Source: Bacillota bacterium (GTDB lineage Bacteria; Bacillota; Sulfobacillia; RBS10-35; Bu92). Taken from it: a DNA stretch of 64,000 nucleotides. A program made the position numbers and the translations under genes. Below the pieces are notes generated by a model. The model saw only the letters and a program-made list of their open reading frames with translations. It searched no databases and had not been told where the DNA came from. The number at the start of each line of letters is the position of its first letter. The stretch's first letter is position 1. Of this stretch, positions 1 through 12,720 are shown piece by piece. The stretch spans positions 274 through 64,273 of the forward strand of contig JADBKN010000001.1 in the NCBI GenBank assembly GCA_014896375.1, written 5' to 3'.

Positions 1-2
1 TC

Positions 3-3161
<3,159 letters not shown>

Positions 3162-3273
3162 GCGCGCCTCCAACGCGGTCTCCCCGGACCGCGAAAGCCT
3201 GCCTACAAGCCGCCCCTCGCCTGAAGACATGCGATGACACTCCGACATGCCGCTGGCGCGGGGGCGGCTGTTT

Positions 3274-3664
3274 TCACGATCTCTGGCGGGTTCCGTGGAG
3301 ATGGCGGTAGACTCCCCAAGCTCCGCCTGCGAGCGAGAGCACCGGTAGGATCGTCGCCCCAGGAGTCACCCATTCCGTGGCGCTGGGGGTACCTCTCAGG
3401 ACGCCGGATGCAGCAAACGTCCACGTGACCGCCCAAAGGAAGTCGTTGAGAAAGAGCAGGACCGAGAAGACCGGTCGCCGGATCGCCGTCGCCACAACGA
3501 GCTGAGGAACCCTCGCGGCCGGAAACGACAGGACCGGCTGCCCCAGGTGGGCGAATTACGCCGGCCAGCAGGCCGAAGAGGGCGAGGGACGACAAGGGTA
3601 CGCCGGCAGCCACGAGGGCGGAACCCGCGGCCAGAGTGAACCGGATGAAGAGCGACACGTCCAT
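3274..3664 (-). pseudogene. Degraded DedA/VTT-like membrane protein (internal deletion plus frameshift)
   Basis: A hydrophobic N-terminus (MDVSLFIRFTLAAGSALVAAGVPLSSLALFGLLAG) is in one frame. A DedA-like C-terminus (FSVLLFLNDFLWAVTWTF...) is in another, and the middle is missing. Confidence 0.5.
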
Positions 3665-3671
3665 TCCCGGG

Positions 3672-4232
3672 TCAGGCGGCACCACGCCGCTTCACCTCGT
3701 GACCGCGCCCGGAATTGCGACTCACCCGGCTGTACAGCTCGAGAAGCTGGGCCAGGCCCCGGCTGGCCTCGTGCTGCCCCGCGACCTTTCTCGCCCCCTC
3801 TCCCAACAAGCGGCGCAACTCAGGATCCCGCGCCAGCCGTAAGACGGCGCCCGCCAGGGCCTTCGTCTCTCCGGGTGGGACCGTGATTCCGCTCTCACCG
3901 TCGCGGACAAGTTCCGGCAGGGCGCCGGCCCGGACGGCGACCACGGGCAGCCCCGCCGCCATGGCCTCCAGCACCACAAGCCCCTGGGTCTCGGCCGGAG
4001 ACGGGAAGAGGAACAGGTCCGCCCGGTGGTATTCCCCGGGCATGGATTCCCACGGCGCGTACCCGAGCAAGCGGACGCGACCGGCGGCGATGTGCGGGGC
4101 GAGTGCCCGCCGGATGGCGCCGGCCATCGGGCCATCCCCGGCAATGCGAGCCCGCAGCCGCGGTTCTTCAGCCAGGGCCGAGGCCAGCGCTTCCCCGAGC
4201 TCCCAGCTCCGCCAGGCCCCTGCCAGCTGCAC
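3672..4232 (-). pseudogene. GT4-family glycosyltransferase, C-terminal domain only (5'-truncated)
   Basis: ADLFLFPSPAETQGLVVLEAMAAGLPVV is the GT-B C-terminal signature. The N-terminal domain is absent and there is no clear RBS. Confidence 0.75.
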
Positions 4233-4279
4233 TCACAATGAATCGAGAAAGACCGTAAAAACCCAAAAACTAAGCGTTG

Positions 4280-4303
4280 AAAAAGGCCCTCTAGTTCGGG
4301 CCT
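4280..4303 (-). terminator. Intrinsic terminator after the regulator gene
   Basis: The minus strand reads AGGCCC-gaactaga-GGGCCT-TTTT, about 20 bp after the stop at 4324. Confidence 0.7.
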
Positions 4304-4323
4304 CTTGACACAACGGGGCCGGC

Positions 4324-5019
4324 TCAACCGGACTCACGCAAGGCGCTGTCGAGGAACCGACCCAACATCTCGTGCTCGCGCGGTCCCAGGCCCTGGAGGT
4401 CCTTTAGGAAGCGACCCACCAGATCCACCAATTCCACGCTCAGATTTTGGCTCAGCGTCTGGATCACCGTGCCGGTCACGACTGCAACGAAGATGGAAAG
4501 TCGACTCTCGGCCTCCGGGGCCGCGGCCGCCACAAGGCGCTCGACCAGCTGTCGCGTTCGCCCGCCTACCTGCCGGATGTACACGACCAGCAGGCCGAGG
4601 AGGTGGGCGCAAAAGGCAACCCTCGATTCGAGCCGGGGCAGGTTCTGGAGCAGCGTCTCCACAGCCTCGCCTGGGCGCATCTCTTTCACTCGCACGATCA
4701 GTTCTCCTACCTGAGCCCGTATCGAGTCCCACTCCTCGGGTTCGGGGGGCCGCCGGGTGCCCTCGAACAACTTTTCCGCTTCCGGCGTGGGGCTGAAGAC
4801 GATGACCGACCGTCCGCCCTCGCCGCGGTGCAGGGCGTAGTTCCGCCGCACGTAGCCCATTTGTTCCAGGGTCTTCAACATATCGTACGCCGTCCACTTG
4901 CTGACCCCGAGGACGCGGGCGAGGCTCTCATAATGAACCGGCAGATTTGTTCGCCGGTACAGGTCGACCAATTCTTCGAGGAACTGCTTGCGACGGCCGG
5001 TCAAACCCGTTTTGCCCAC
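4324..5019 (-). CDS. Winged-HTH transcriptional regulator (often annotated Lrp/AsnC-like)
   Basis: N-terminal wHTH: PVHYESLARVLGVSKWTAYDMLKTLEQMGYV. Start codon is uncertain (5004, 5019 or 5049). Confidence 0.75.
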   Translation of the reverse strand: MGKTGLTGRRKQFLEELVDLYRRTNLPVHYESLARVLGVSKWTAYDMLKTLEQMGYVRRNYALHRGEGGRSVIVFSPTPEAEKLFEGTRRPPEPEEWDSIRAQVGELIVRVKEMRPGEAVETLLQNLPRLESRVAFCAHLLGLLVVYIRQVGGRTRQLVERLVAAAAPEAESRLSIFVAVVTGTVIQTLSQNLSVELVDLVGRFLKDLQGLGPREHEMLGRFLDSALRESG

Positions 5020-5305
5020 CGCGGACCACCCCAAAAAACCAAACTTCACGCATTCAATATATTGTCAACGACCTGGCGGCGTCAAACCCACGCAGACTAG
5101 CTCCGGTGTGCGGTGTGGGCGCCGGTGCTGGGGTTGGGAAGCGCTCGCGGCGGCCGGGAGCCGCACGAGCCGGCGGCGCAGGAGATCCGCCGCCTGCGGC
5201 CAAACACATGACGGAAACGGGCCATGCCGTTGCGCCTGCGCCCCGCCCGCGCCCCGCCGCCAGCCACGGTCCACGGCCCGATACCCGGAAAGCGAGGTCC
5301 CCCGC

Positions 5306-7393
5306 ATGACCGACCGCCCGCCCTCCGCCTCGCCCGCCCGCCGGCTGGAGGCCGCCGACCTCCTCCGCCTTGTCTTCCTCAGTGACGTGGCCATGCGTCC
5401 GGACGGCCGCCAGGCCGCCCTTGTGCGCACCACCGTCGACGCGGAGGAGAACAAGTACCGCTCGCAGATCTGGGTGGTGGACCTGCCCGACGGCGAGCCG
5501 TGCCCCTTCACCGCGGCCGGCGCCCACCGCGACACGCACCCTCGTTATTCACCGGACGGTGCGCACCTCGCCTTCCTGTCGAACCGCAGCGGCTCGACCC
5601 AGGTCTGGGTGATGCCCACCACCGGAGGCGAGGCCGAAAAGCTGACGAACGTCGACGGCGTGGAGGACTTCGTCTGGAAGGACGCAGACGAGCTCGTCGT
5701 CACCGTGCGCGTGGGCCGCGAGGGGCTGACGGAGCCTGAGCCAAAGGACCCGCCGCCGCCCAAGACGCCGGAGGAGCAGGACCGCCGCTATAACCGCGAT
5801 GTGCGCGTCATCGACCGCGCCTTCTACAAGCTCGACACGGCCGGCTTCTTAGGAGACCGGCGCAGCCACCTCTTCCGTCTGAGCCGCCGTGGCGGGGAAC
5901 TCGTGCCGCTGACGAGCGGCGACTGGGACGACCGCGACGCGGCCGTCTCCCCGGACGGCCGCTGGCTGGCGTTCGTGTCCAAGCGCATGCCGAACGCCGA
6001 CTTCGTCCAGGCAAGCGACGTCTACGTCATGCCCGCGGAGGGCGGCGAGCCGCGCCGCCTCACGAGCGCCGAGGGATATGCCTCCAGCCCGGCCTTCACC
6101 CCGGACGGCCGCCATGTGGCCTTCCTCTGCCGGCGCGCGGAAGGGGAGGGCCGCTTCGACGAAGCCCGCCTCTACCTCGTCCCCGTCGACGGCTCCGCGC
6201 CGCCGCGCTGTGTGACGCCCGGCTTCGACCGTTCCCTTGTGGACGCCTCCATCAGCGACACACGCGGCCACGGCGGCACGGCGGCGCCCGCCTTCGCGCC
6301 GGATGGGCGCACCGCCTTCCTTCTCTCGTCGGACCGCGGCGTGACGCAGATCGTGGCTGTCGATGTGGAAAGCGGTGAGGTGACGCCGCTCTCCTCCCGC
6401 GAGCGTACGGTGTACGACGCCGCCTTCGCCCGGGACGGCCGTAGCTATGTGGCGCTTGCCTCGGACCCTGTCACTCCGAACGACGTGTGGTACGGCGAGC
6501 GCCCGGCGGACGGTGGCGACTCCTTGTCCTCGCCGTGGACGGAACGCCGGCTCACGGAGGTCAACCGCGAGCTCCTCTCGGAAGTGCAGCTGCAGGTGCC
6601 GGAGCGCATCGTCTTCCGCGCCCCGGACGGGCCGGAGGTGGAGGGCTGGATCCTCAAGCCCGTCGGGTTCCGGGAGGGGCAGGCCGAGAAGGTCCCGGCG
6701 GTGCTCGAGGTCCACGGCGGGCCCGAGGCCATGTACACGTCGGCCTTCTTCTTTGAGTTCCAGCTTTTGGCCAACCACGGCTTCGCCGTGATCTTCTCCA
6801 ACCCGCGCGGCTCCGAGGGCTACGGCAAGGCCTTCCGCCAGGCCATTCACCGGGACTGGGGGCGGAAGGACTGGGCCGACGTACAGGCCCTCCTGGACGC
6901 CGCCCTGGAGCGCGGCTTCATCGACCCGAACCGGGTGGGCATCGCCGGCGGCAGCTACGGCGGCTTCATGGTCAACTGGGCCGTGGGCCACAGCGACCGC
7001 TTCCGCGCCGCCGTCTCCATGCGCAGTCTCTCGAATTGGTTCGTCGACTACGGCGCCAGCGACTTCGGCCACCTGCTGGACGACGACCTCTTCGCCGCGC
7101 CCCCGTGGAAGGACCCGGAGGCGTACGCGCGCATGTCGCCGCTCTGGTACGTGGAGAACGTGCGTACCCCGCTGCTCCTCCTCCACGCGGAGGAGGACTA
7201 CCGCTGCCCGGTGGCGCACGCGGAGCAGTTCTTTGCCGCACTCAAGCGCCTGGGGAGGACGGTGCAGCTGGTGCGATACCCCGGGGAGTCGCACGAGATG
7301 TCGCGCAGCGGGAAACCCTGGCACCGCGTCGACCGGCTCCGCCGCATCGTCGGCTGGTTCACGACGCACCTCGCAGCGACGGCCGCGCCGTGA
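5306..7393 (+). CDS. S9-family acylaminoacyl peptidase / prolyl oligopeptidase
   Basis: PD40 beta-propeller repeats (SPDG), HGGP, nucleophile motif GGSYGG, and Asp/His motifs EEDYRCP and YPGESH. GAGG RBS before ATG 5306. Confidence 0.93.
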   Translation: MTDRPPSASPARRLEAADLLRLVFLSDVAMRPDGRQAALVRTTVDAEENKYRSQIWVVDLPDGEPCPFTAAGAHRDTHPRYSPDGAHLAFLSNRSGSTQVWVMPTTGGEAEKLTNVDGVEDFVWKDADELVVTVRVGREGLTEPEPKDPPPPKTPEEQDRRYNRDVRVIDRAFYKLDTAGFLGDRRSHLFRLSRRGGELVPLTSGDWDDRDAAVSPDGRWLAFVSKRMPNADFVQASDVYVMPAEGGEPRRLTSAEGYASSPAFTPDGRHVAFLCRRAEGEGRFDEARLYLVPVDGSAPPRCVTPGFDRSLVDASISDTRGHGGTAAPAFAPDGRTAFLLSSDRGVTQIVAVDVESGEVTPLSSRERTVYDAAFARDGRSYVALASDPVTPNDVWYGERPADGGDSLSSPWTERRLTEVNRELLSEVQLQVPERIVFRAPDGPEVEGWILKPVGFREGQAEKVPAVLEVHGGPEAMYTSAFFFEFQLLANHGFAVIFSNPRGSEGYGKAFRQAIHRDWGRKDWADVQALLDAALERGFIDPNRVGIAGGSYGGFMVNWAVGHSDRFRAAVSMRSLSNWFVDYGASDFGHLLDDDLFAAPPWKDPEAYARMSPLWYVENVRTPLLLLHAEEDYRCPVAHAEQFFAALKRLGRTVQLVRYPGESHEMSRSGKPWHRVDRLRRIVGWFTTHLAATAAP

Positions 7394-7435
7394 GGGCGAC
7401 GGCGACGCGCGCGGCACGGCGGCGCGGCCCTGGAC

Positions 7436-8077
7436 TCAAGGGTAGAGCCTCGTGTCGCGCGGCTCGGCGGCTGCGCGTCCCGCCGTGCGCTCGCGCAACT
7501 CGGCGACGACCGCTTGCGGGTCGGCGGCGAGGAGGTCGATGAGCACCTCCGCGCGGACGGCTTCCGCATATTCCGCCCCGCGCAGCACGACGCCCGGCAC
7601 GCGTTCCAGCCAAGCCATAACCGCCGGCCAGTCGGGATAGGGGAGCGCGAGGGCGATGACGGCGTGCGGCCGGCGCTCCCGCACCCCGGCGGCGGCCACG
7701 GCCTGGCGCGCGGCGGCGCCGTAGGCGCGGATCAGCCCGCCGCGGCCGAGGAGGGTGCCGCCGAAGTAGCGGACGACGGCGACGCCGGCGTCGCACACAC
7801 CGGCCGCGCGTAACGCCTCCAGGCACGGCGCGCCGGCCGTGGCCGCCGGCTCGCCGTCGTCCGAGGCCCGCTCGAGGCCGCCCGCCAGGCGCAGCGCCCA
7901 GGCGACGTGGCGCGCGTGCGGGTGCTCGGCGCGGATGGCGGCGACGCGCGCGCGCCACGCCGCCTCGTCCGTCGCGGGCTCCGCCACGCCGATGAACACC
8001 GAGCGCCGCTCCTCAAGCCGCGAGGTGCCGCGCCCGGCGAGCGTCCGCAGAAGCCGCGCCCCTTCCATCGGCTGCAC
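7436..8077 (-). CDS. YigZ/IMPACT family protein
   Basis: Motifs HPHARHVAWA, SDDGEPAATAG and VVRYFGGTLLGRGGLIRAY. Confidence 0.9.
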   Translation of the reverse strand: MQPMEGARLLRTLAGRGTSRLEERRSVFIGVAEPATDEAAWRARVAAIRAEHPHARHVAWALRLAGGLERASDDGEPAATAGAPCLEALRAAGVCDAGVAVVRYFGGTLLGRGGLIRAYGAAARQAVAAAGVRERRPHAVIALALPYPDWPAVMAWLERVPGVVLRGAEYAEAVRAEVLIDLLAADPQAVVAELRERTAGRAAAEPRDTRLYP

Positions 8078-8158
8078 ACCGCTCCTTCCCTGGCGTCCGT
8101 CCGGCTCCTGGCCGCCCTTCGTCGGCCGCGGCCCCCTTCCGGCCGCACGCCGTCCCTG

Positions 8159-8167
8159 TGGTAGAAT
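8159..8167 (+). promoter_or_regulatory. Extended -10 promoter (TGnTAGAAT) for the transglycosylase gene
   Basis: TGGTAGAAT lies 25 bp upstream of the GTG, with a GGGAGG RBS in between. Confidence 0.5.
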
Positions 8168-8192
8168 GCGTCGCGGTGGGAGGGAAATCCCG

Positions 8193-8984
8193 GTGCTGTC
8201 GGAAGCCGAATCCAGCCGGCAGGCACCGCGTCCCCGGCGCCGGCGCTGGGCCCTTTGGGCGGCAGCGGGGATCCTCTTGGCGGGTACCTGGACGGGCCTC
8301 GTCTTCTGGCAGACGTACGCGCCCCAGGTGAACCAGCTGGAGAGCATCGTCCAGCACCAGGTGCTCGTCAACGGCGGCTCCTACGTGCCGCTGGAGCGCA
8401 TCGCCCCGGAGATGCGCGCGGCCGTCGTGGCCGCCGAGGACAGGACCTTCTACCGCAACTGGGGGGTCTCCTGGACGGGCATCGGCCGCGCGCTGATCGT
8501 GGACATCGTCTCGTTGGAGTACGCGGAAGGCGGCAGCACGATCACCCAACAGCTCGCGCGCGAGACGCTGCTCACGCGGGAGAAGACCCTCCGCCGCAAG
8601 CTCAAGGAAATCGCCCTCGCCGTGATGATCACGCGCACCTACCCCAAGGACAAGATCCTGGAGATGTACCTTAACGCCGTCTACTTCGGCCACGGCGCAT
8701 ACGGTGTGGAGGCGGCCGCGGAAACCTACTTCGCCAAGCCGGCGGCCGCGCTCACCCTGGCACAGAGTGCCCTGCTCGCGGGCGTGCTGCAGGGGCCAAG
8801 CCTCTACGACCCCTTCTGCAACCTCGACGGCGCGCGCGCCCGGGAAAGATACGTGCTGGAGCAGATGGTGGAGACGGGCGCCATCACACCGGAGCAGGGG
8901 GACGCCGCCTGGAACGCGCCGCTCTACCTCATCCCCGGTTCCTGTTTCCCCTCGGCCGGAGGTGCGCAGCGCTCACGCGCGTGA
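8193..8984 (+). CDS. Monofunctional peptidoglycan glycosyltransferase (GT51)
   Basis: One TM helix, then GT51 motifs EDRTFY, GGSTITQQLAR, RKLKE, KDKILEMYLN and YGVEAAAETYF. No transpeptidase domain. Confidence 0.9.
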   Translation: MLSEAESSRQAPRPRRRRWALWAAAGILLAGTWTGLVFWQTYAPQVNQLESIVQHQVLVNGGSYVPLERIAPEMRAAVVAAEDRTFYRNWGVSWTGIGRALIVDIVSLEYAEGGSTITQQLARETLLTREKTLRRKLKEIALAVMITRTYPKDKILEMYLNAVYFGHGAYGVEAAAETYFAKPAAALTLAQSALLAGVLQGPSLYDPFCNLDGARARERYVLEQMVETGAITPEQGDAAWNAPLYLIPGSCFPSAGGAQRSRA

Positions 8985-10889
8985 CGGCGCATCATCGCCC
9001 TCCTCCAAAGGAGGCGGCAGGCGCTCGGGCGACGGCGTGACGAAGACCGTTCGCTGGTGATCGTAGTGAACCTGCCCGGGACCCGCGCCGCGGATGCGAC
9101 GGACATAGCGCCGCCGTGTATAGTCGACGGGCACGTTGGAGCTCTGGCGCGCGCGGCTGAAGAAGGCCGCGAGCAGCGCCGCCTCTTGCAGCGTGGCGGG
9201 GGGCGGCGGCTCCTCCGGCGGCCAGCCCTCGGGAGGCCGCGCCAGGACGTGCGTGCCGGGGATGTCCTTCGTGTGGAACCACCAGTCGTCCGGCCGGGCG
9301 AAGCGCAACGTGAGCCAGTCGTTCTGGCGGCTATTGCGGCCCACCCAGAGCGTCCAGCCGTCAGACGAGCGGTAGTGGCGCGGCCGGCCGGGCGCGGCGC
9401 CGGGGGACGCGTCCGCGTCCGGTGAGGCGGGCCGCGCGGACGGGGAGCGCCCGTCGACGTCGCCCGCGCCCGCGAGCCCCAACTCCTCCAGGCGCCCCGC
9501 GGCGTCCGCCAGCGCCGCGTCCCAGCGGCGCAGGATCTCCTCCCACGCGTCGCCGGCCGTGGCGGCGTCCAGTGGCGGCAGATTGGCGAGCCTCGCGACG
9601 ACGTCCTCCAACGCGGCCGCCTCCGCCTCCGTGGCCTCGAGGAGCGGCAAGAGCTCCACGCGGCGGCGCTTCGCCTTCTGGTAGCGGCGGAAGTAGCGCT
9701 GCGCGTTCGCCGCCGGGCTGAGGCGCGGGTCCAGGGGCACCGTGCGCGGCGCCTGGTCGCGCGTCCAGTCCGGCAGCACCACCGCCTCCGCCCTGGCGGG
9801 CACCTGGTGGAGGTAGGCGGTGAGCAGCTCACCGAGCAGGCGATATTCCTCAGCCGCGCGCGCCTCCTCCCACTCCGCCCGCTGGCGCTCCCGCTTGCGC
9901 AGCGCGCGTTCCAAAGCGGCGCGCGCGATGCGCAGGAGGCGCGCACGCGCTTCCGTGCGGCGCCGCACGGCCTCCGTCTCGCGCGTCACCGTCTCCAAGA
10001 GGGCCGACGGCGAAGGGAAGAACTCCACCGTCTCCCCCGGCTCCGGCTGGAGATCCAGCGCGGCGAAGGCCGATGTGCGCCCTCCGGCGAGGATCCGGCA
10101 GGGGCGGAACGCCTCGGAGCGCACAGCCGCCAGGCGTTCGGCGAGGATGTCGAGGACGCGGCTCCGCTCTTCGGCCGAAATCGCCTCCCACGAAGCGGAC
10201 GGATCCACGCCGGCGCGACGGGTGACGTCCCGCGCCAGCACGGTGCCGAGCCCGGGCGCGGCGGCCATCACGGCGGAGGCGGCGTCCGCGCCCGTCCGGG
10301 CCACGCCACCGGCGCCGCCGCTTGCGGCCGCCGCGCGCTCCGCCCACGCGCGCCACTCCTCCGGCTCCATTGTCACCACGTCGCGCCAGCCCGAGGGGCG
10401 CGGCGGCCACTCGTACCGCAGCCCGGGCCACACGGGCCGCACGGGGTTGTCGCCCGGCGCCGCTCGCCGCAAGGCGTCGACCACGCGCCCGTCCTCGTCG
10501 ACGAGCACCGCGTTGCTGCGCCGGCCCATCACTTCTACGTAGAGCCACCAGGAGACGGCGCGGCCCAGCTCATCCTGGCCCAAAAAGCGCAGCGCCAGCA
10601 CGCGCTCCAGGCCTTCCATCACGGCATCGGCGAGCTGGGCGCCCACGAGGCGCGCGCGCAAGAGCTGGCAGAAGGCCGGCGGCACCGGCGGATTCGGCCA
10701 TGGCTGGCGCGTGAGGTGAATGCGCGGGCGTTCGGCGGCATCGATGAGCAGCCGCGCTTCGCCGCGCCCGGGAGCGTACAGCTCCAACACGAGACAGCGC
10801 TCTCCCGGCTGGCGGACCTGCTGGACGCGCGCCTCGCGCCAGTCGTGGATCTCGCGGCGGAGGGCGCGAAGGAAGACACCGTCGATCAT
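8973..10889 (-). CDS. rqcH: Rqc2/NFACT ribosome quality-control protein (RqcH/FbpA/YloA)
   Basis: MIDGVFL start, VEVMGRRSN, LDPRLSPAANAQRYFRRYQKAK, and NFACT-R motifs VGRNSRQND, WFHTKDIPGTHV and VPVDYT. Confidence 0.92.
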   Translation of the reverse strand: MIDGVFLRALRREIHDWREARVQQVRQPGERCLVLELYAPGRGEARLLIDAAERPRIHLTRQPWPNPPVPPAFCQLLRARLVGAQLADAVMEGLERVLALRFLGQDELGRAVSWWLYVEVMGRRSNAVLVDEDGRVVDALRRAAPGDNPVRPVWPGLRYEWPPRPSGWRDVVTMEPEEWRAWAERAAAASGGAGGVARTGADAASAVMAAAPGLGTVLARDVTRRAGVDPSASWEAISAEERSRVLDILAERLAAVRSEAFRPCRILAGGRTSAFAALDLQPEPGETVEFFPSPSALLETVTRETEAVRRRTEARARLLRIARAALERALRKRERQRAEWEEARAAEEYRLLGELLTAYLHQVPARAEAVVLPDWTRDQAPRTVPLDPRLSPAANAQRYFRRYQKAKRRRVELLPLLEATEAEAAALEDVVARLANLPPLDAATAGDAWEEILRRWDAALADAAGRLEELGLAGAGDVDGRSPSARPASPDADASPGAAPGRPRHYRSSDGWTLWVGRNSRQNDWLTLRFARPDDWWFHTKDIPGTHVLARPPEGWPPEEPPPPATLQEAALLAAFFSRARQSSNVPVDYTRRRYVRRIRGAGPGQVHYDHQRTVFVTPSPERLPPPLEEGDDAPSRA

Positions 10890-10895
10890 GCGTCC

Positions 10896-10904
10896 AATGT
10901 ACCA
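10896..10904 (-). promoter_or_regulatory. Extended -10 (TGGTACATT) 6 nt before the rqcH ATG; probable leaderless promoter
   Basis: The minus strand reads TGG-TACATT-ggacgc-ATG, with no clear Shine-Dalgarno. Confidence 0.55.
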
Positions 10905-10993
10905 TGCGTCTGCCGCGGCGCGCGGCGGCGTAGTACGATCCAAGGGGCGAGAGACCAGGCGGGGAGACAGGACCCCGGAAAGGACGTGTCGCG

Positions 10994-11614
10994 CTGCACG
11001 GGCTTCTCCAGGCCGTCGCCGATTGGATCGTGCAGGTCGCCGTGCGCTGGGGCTACTGGGGCGTGGCGCTGGAAATGGCGATCGAGAACGCCAACATCCC
11101 CCTGCCCAGCGAGGTCATCCTTCCCTTTGCCGGCTACCTCGTCTTCACCGGAGCCCTGAAGTTCTGGGGAGCCGTGGCGGCCGCCATGGCCGGTGGGCTC
11201 TGCGGCTCGGCCTTCTCCTATGCTCTCGGGTATTTCGGCGGGCGTCCGCTCGTGCTGCGCTACGGGCGCTATGTGCTGCTCAACGCCCACCACCTGGAGC
11301 AGGCGGAGGCGTGGTTCCGCCGTCACGGCGAGGCCGCCGTGTTCTTCGGCCGCCTCCTGCCGGTCGTACGCACCTTCATCTCACTTCCGGCCGGCATCGG
11401 CCGCATGGCCTTCGGACGCTTCCTCCTCTATACGCTGCTCGGTTCCTTGCCGTGGACGACGGCGCTCGTGTGGGCGGGCGTCATCTTGGGGGAACGCTGG
11501 TCGGCGCTGGAAGGCTTCTTCCACCGGCTGGACTACGCCATCGTGGCCGCCGCATTGGTGGCGGCCGTAGTGCTCCTTTGGCGAGGGCGGGGGAGCGACC
11601 GTCCCCGACGGTGA
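10994..11614 (+). CDS. DedA family membrane protein
   Basis: Motifs ENANIPLPSEVILPFAG and FFGRLLPVVRTFISLPAG. The start is probably the CTG at 10994 after AAAGGA; the alternative is GTG 11030. Confidence 0.9.
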   Translation: MHGLLQAVADWIVQVAVRWGYWGVALEMAIENANIPLPSEVILPFAGYLVFTGALKFWGAVAAAMAGGLCGSAFSYALGYFGGRPLVLRYGRYVLLNAHHLEQAEAWFRRHGEAAVFFGRLLPVVRTFISLPAGIGRMAFGRFLLYTLLGSLPWTTALVWAGVILGERWSALEGFFHRLDYAIVAAALVAAVVLLWRGRGSDRPRR

Positions 11615-11758
11615 CGGAAAGGCGACGGAACGCCGATGGGAACCGGTGTGGGGGACGCGGCGGGCGGCAGTGCCCGCCGCTGTGCTTTGTCGGGGTAGAC
11701 GTCCGTGATGGTGAGACTGGCACGACCTGACACTTTAGGCCTACACAATGCAATCGGC

Positions 11759-11782
11759 TGCTGCTATATTAGTGCAAGCGAC
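11759..11782 (+). promoter_or_regulatory. Putative operator, copy 1 (TGCTGCTATATTAGTGCAAGCGAC), upstream of wrbA
   Basis: 22/24 identical to 18834-18857. It includes a TGnTATATT -10-like element. Confidence 0.7.
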
Positions 11783-11849
11783 GTCGCCGGGAAAGGTCCC
11801 GTACCCCCATGGGGATGCTATCGGCAAACCATGCGGAGGAGAGCGTTCC

Positions 11850-12488
11850 ATGGGCGATCTCAACCTTGCGATCATCTACTACTCGTCCACCGGCACCATC
11901 CACAGGATGGCCGAAGCCGCGGCGGAGGCGGCGCGCGAGGCGGGGGCGGACGTGCGCCTGCGGATCGTGCAGGAGCTGGCGCCGCCGGAAGCCATCGCGC
12001 GCAACCCCAACTGGAAGAAGTTCCGCGATGAGCATCCCGATCTTCCGGTGGCCACGCTGGAAGACTTGGAATGGGCCGACGCGATCCTCTTCGGTTCGCC
12101 GACCCGCTACGGCAACGTGGCCGCACAGATGAAGCAGTTCCTCGACCAGAGCGGTCCGCTGTGGGCGCAGGGTAAGCTGGCGAACAAGGCGGTGTCGGCG
12201 TTCGCCTCTGCGAGCAACCCGCACGGCGGCCAGGAGACGACGATTCTCGCGCTCTACAACACGATGCACCACTGGGGTGCCATCATCGTCCCGCCGGGCT
12301 ACACCGACCCGACGATCTTCGCGGCGGGCGGCAACCCGTACGGCACGAGCGCCGCGGCCAACGAGACCGGACCCGCCAAGGAGGTCCTCGATGCCGTCCG
12401 CTATCAGGCGAAGCGGCTCGTCGAGGTGGCGCGCTGGCTCAAGGCGGGGCGCGAGGCGGCGCAGCGTGTGCCCGTGGGCAGGGCGTAG
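11850..12488 (+). CDS. wrbA: NAD(P)H:quinone oxidoreductase, WrbA/type IV flavodoxin-like
   Basis: Motifs YYSSTGTIHRMA, GSPTRYGNVAAQMKQFLD, HGGQETT and GGNPYG. GGAGG RBS. Confidence 0.92.
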   Translation: MGDLNLAIIYYSSTGTIHRMAEAAAEAAREAGADVRLRIVQELAPPEAIARNPNWKKFRDEHPDLPVATLEDLEWADAILFGSPTRYGNVAAQMKQFLDQSGPLWAQGKLANKAVSAFASASNPHGGQETTILALYNTMHHWGAIIVPPGYTDPTIFAAGGNPYGTSAAANETGPAKEVLDAVRYQAKRLVEVARWLKAGREAAQRVPVGRA

Positions 12489-12720
12489 CGATCTGAGCTC
12501 GACGGACGGGATCCCGGCGTTCTGAGCGTGGCGCGCTCTTCGCGACCAGCCCCGGCGGGTCGGAGCGCATCGTCGACCGCCGCGCATCCTTTTCATGAAG
12601 GCCCGGACTGCCTACGGCCCGGGCCTAAACATTTCCCTTGCGGACGTCGAACACGGATCCGAGAACGTGCGCGCACGGCCCGGCTGCCGCCGCCCGCGCG
12701 CCGCAGGAGGGGGTCGGGAG

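Noticed and set aside
4231-4320. IS terminal inverted repeat in the AT-rich stretch (...CTTGACACAAC)
   Set aside because: It is better explained as a terminator plus promoter/operator DNA. There is no partner end and no transposase.
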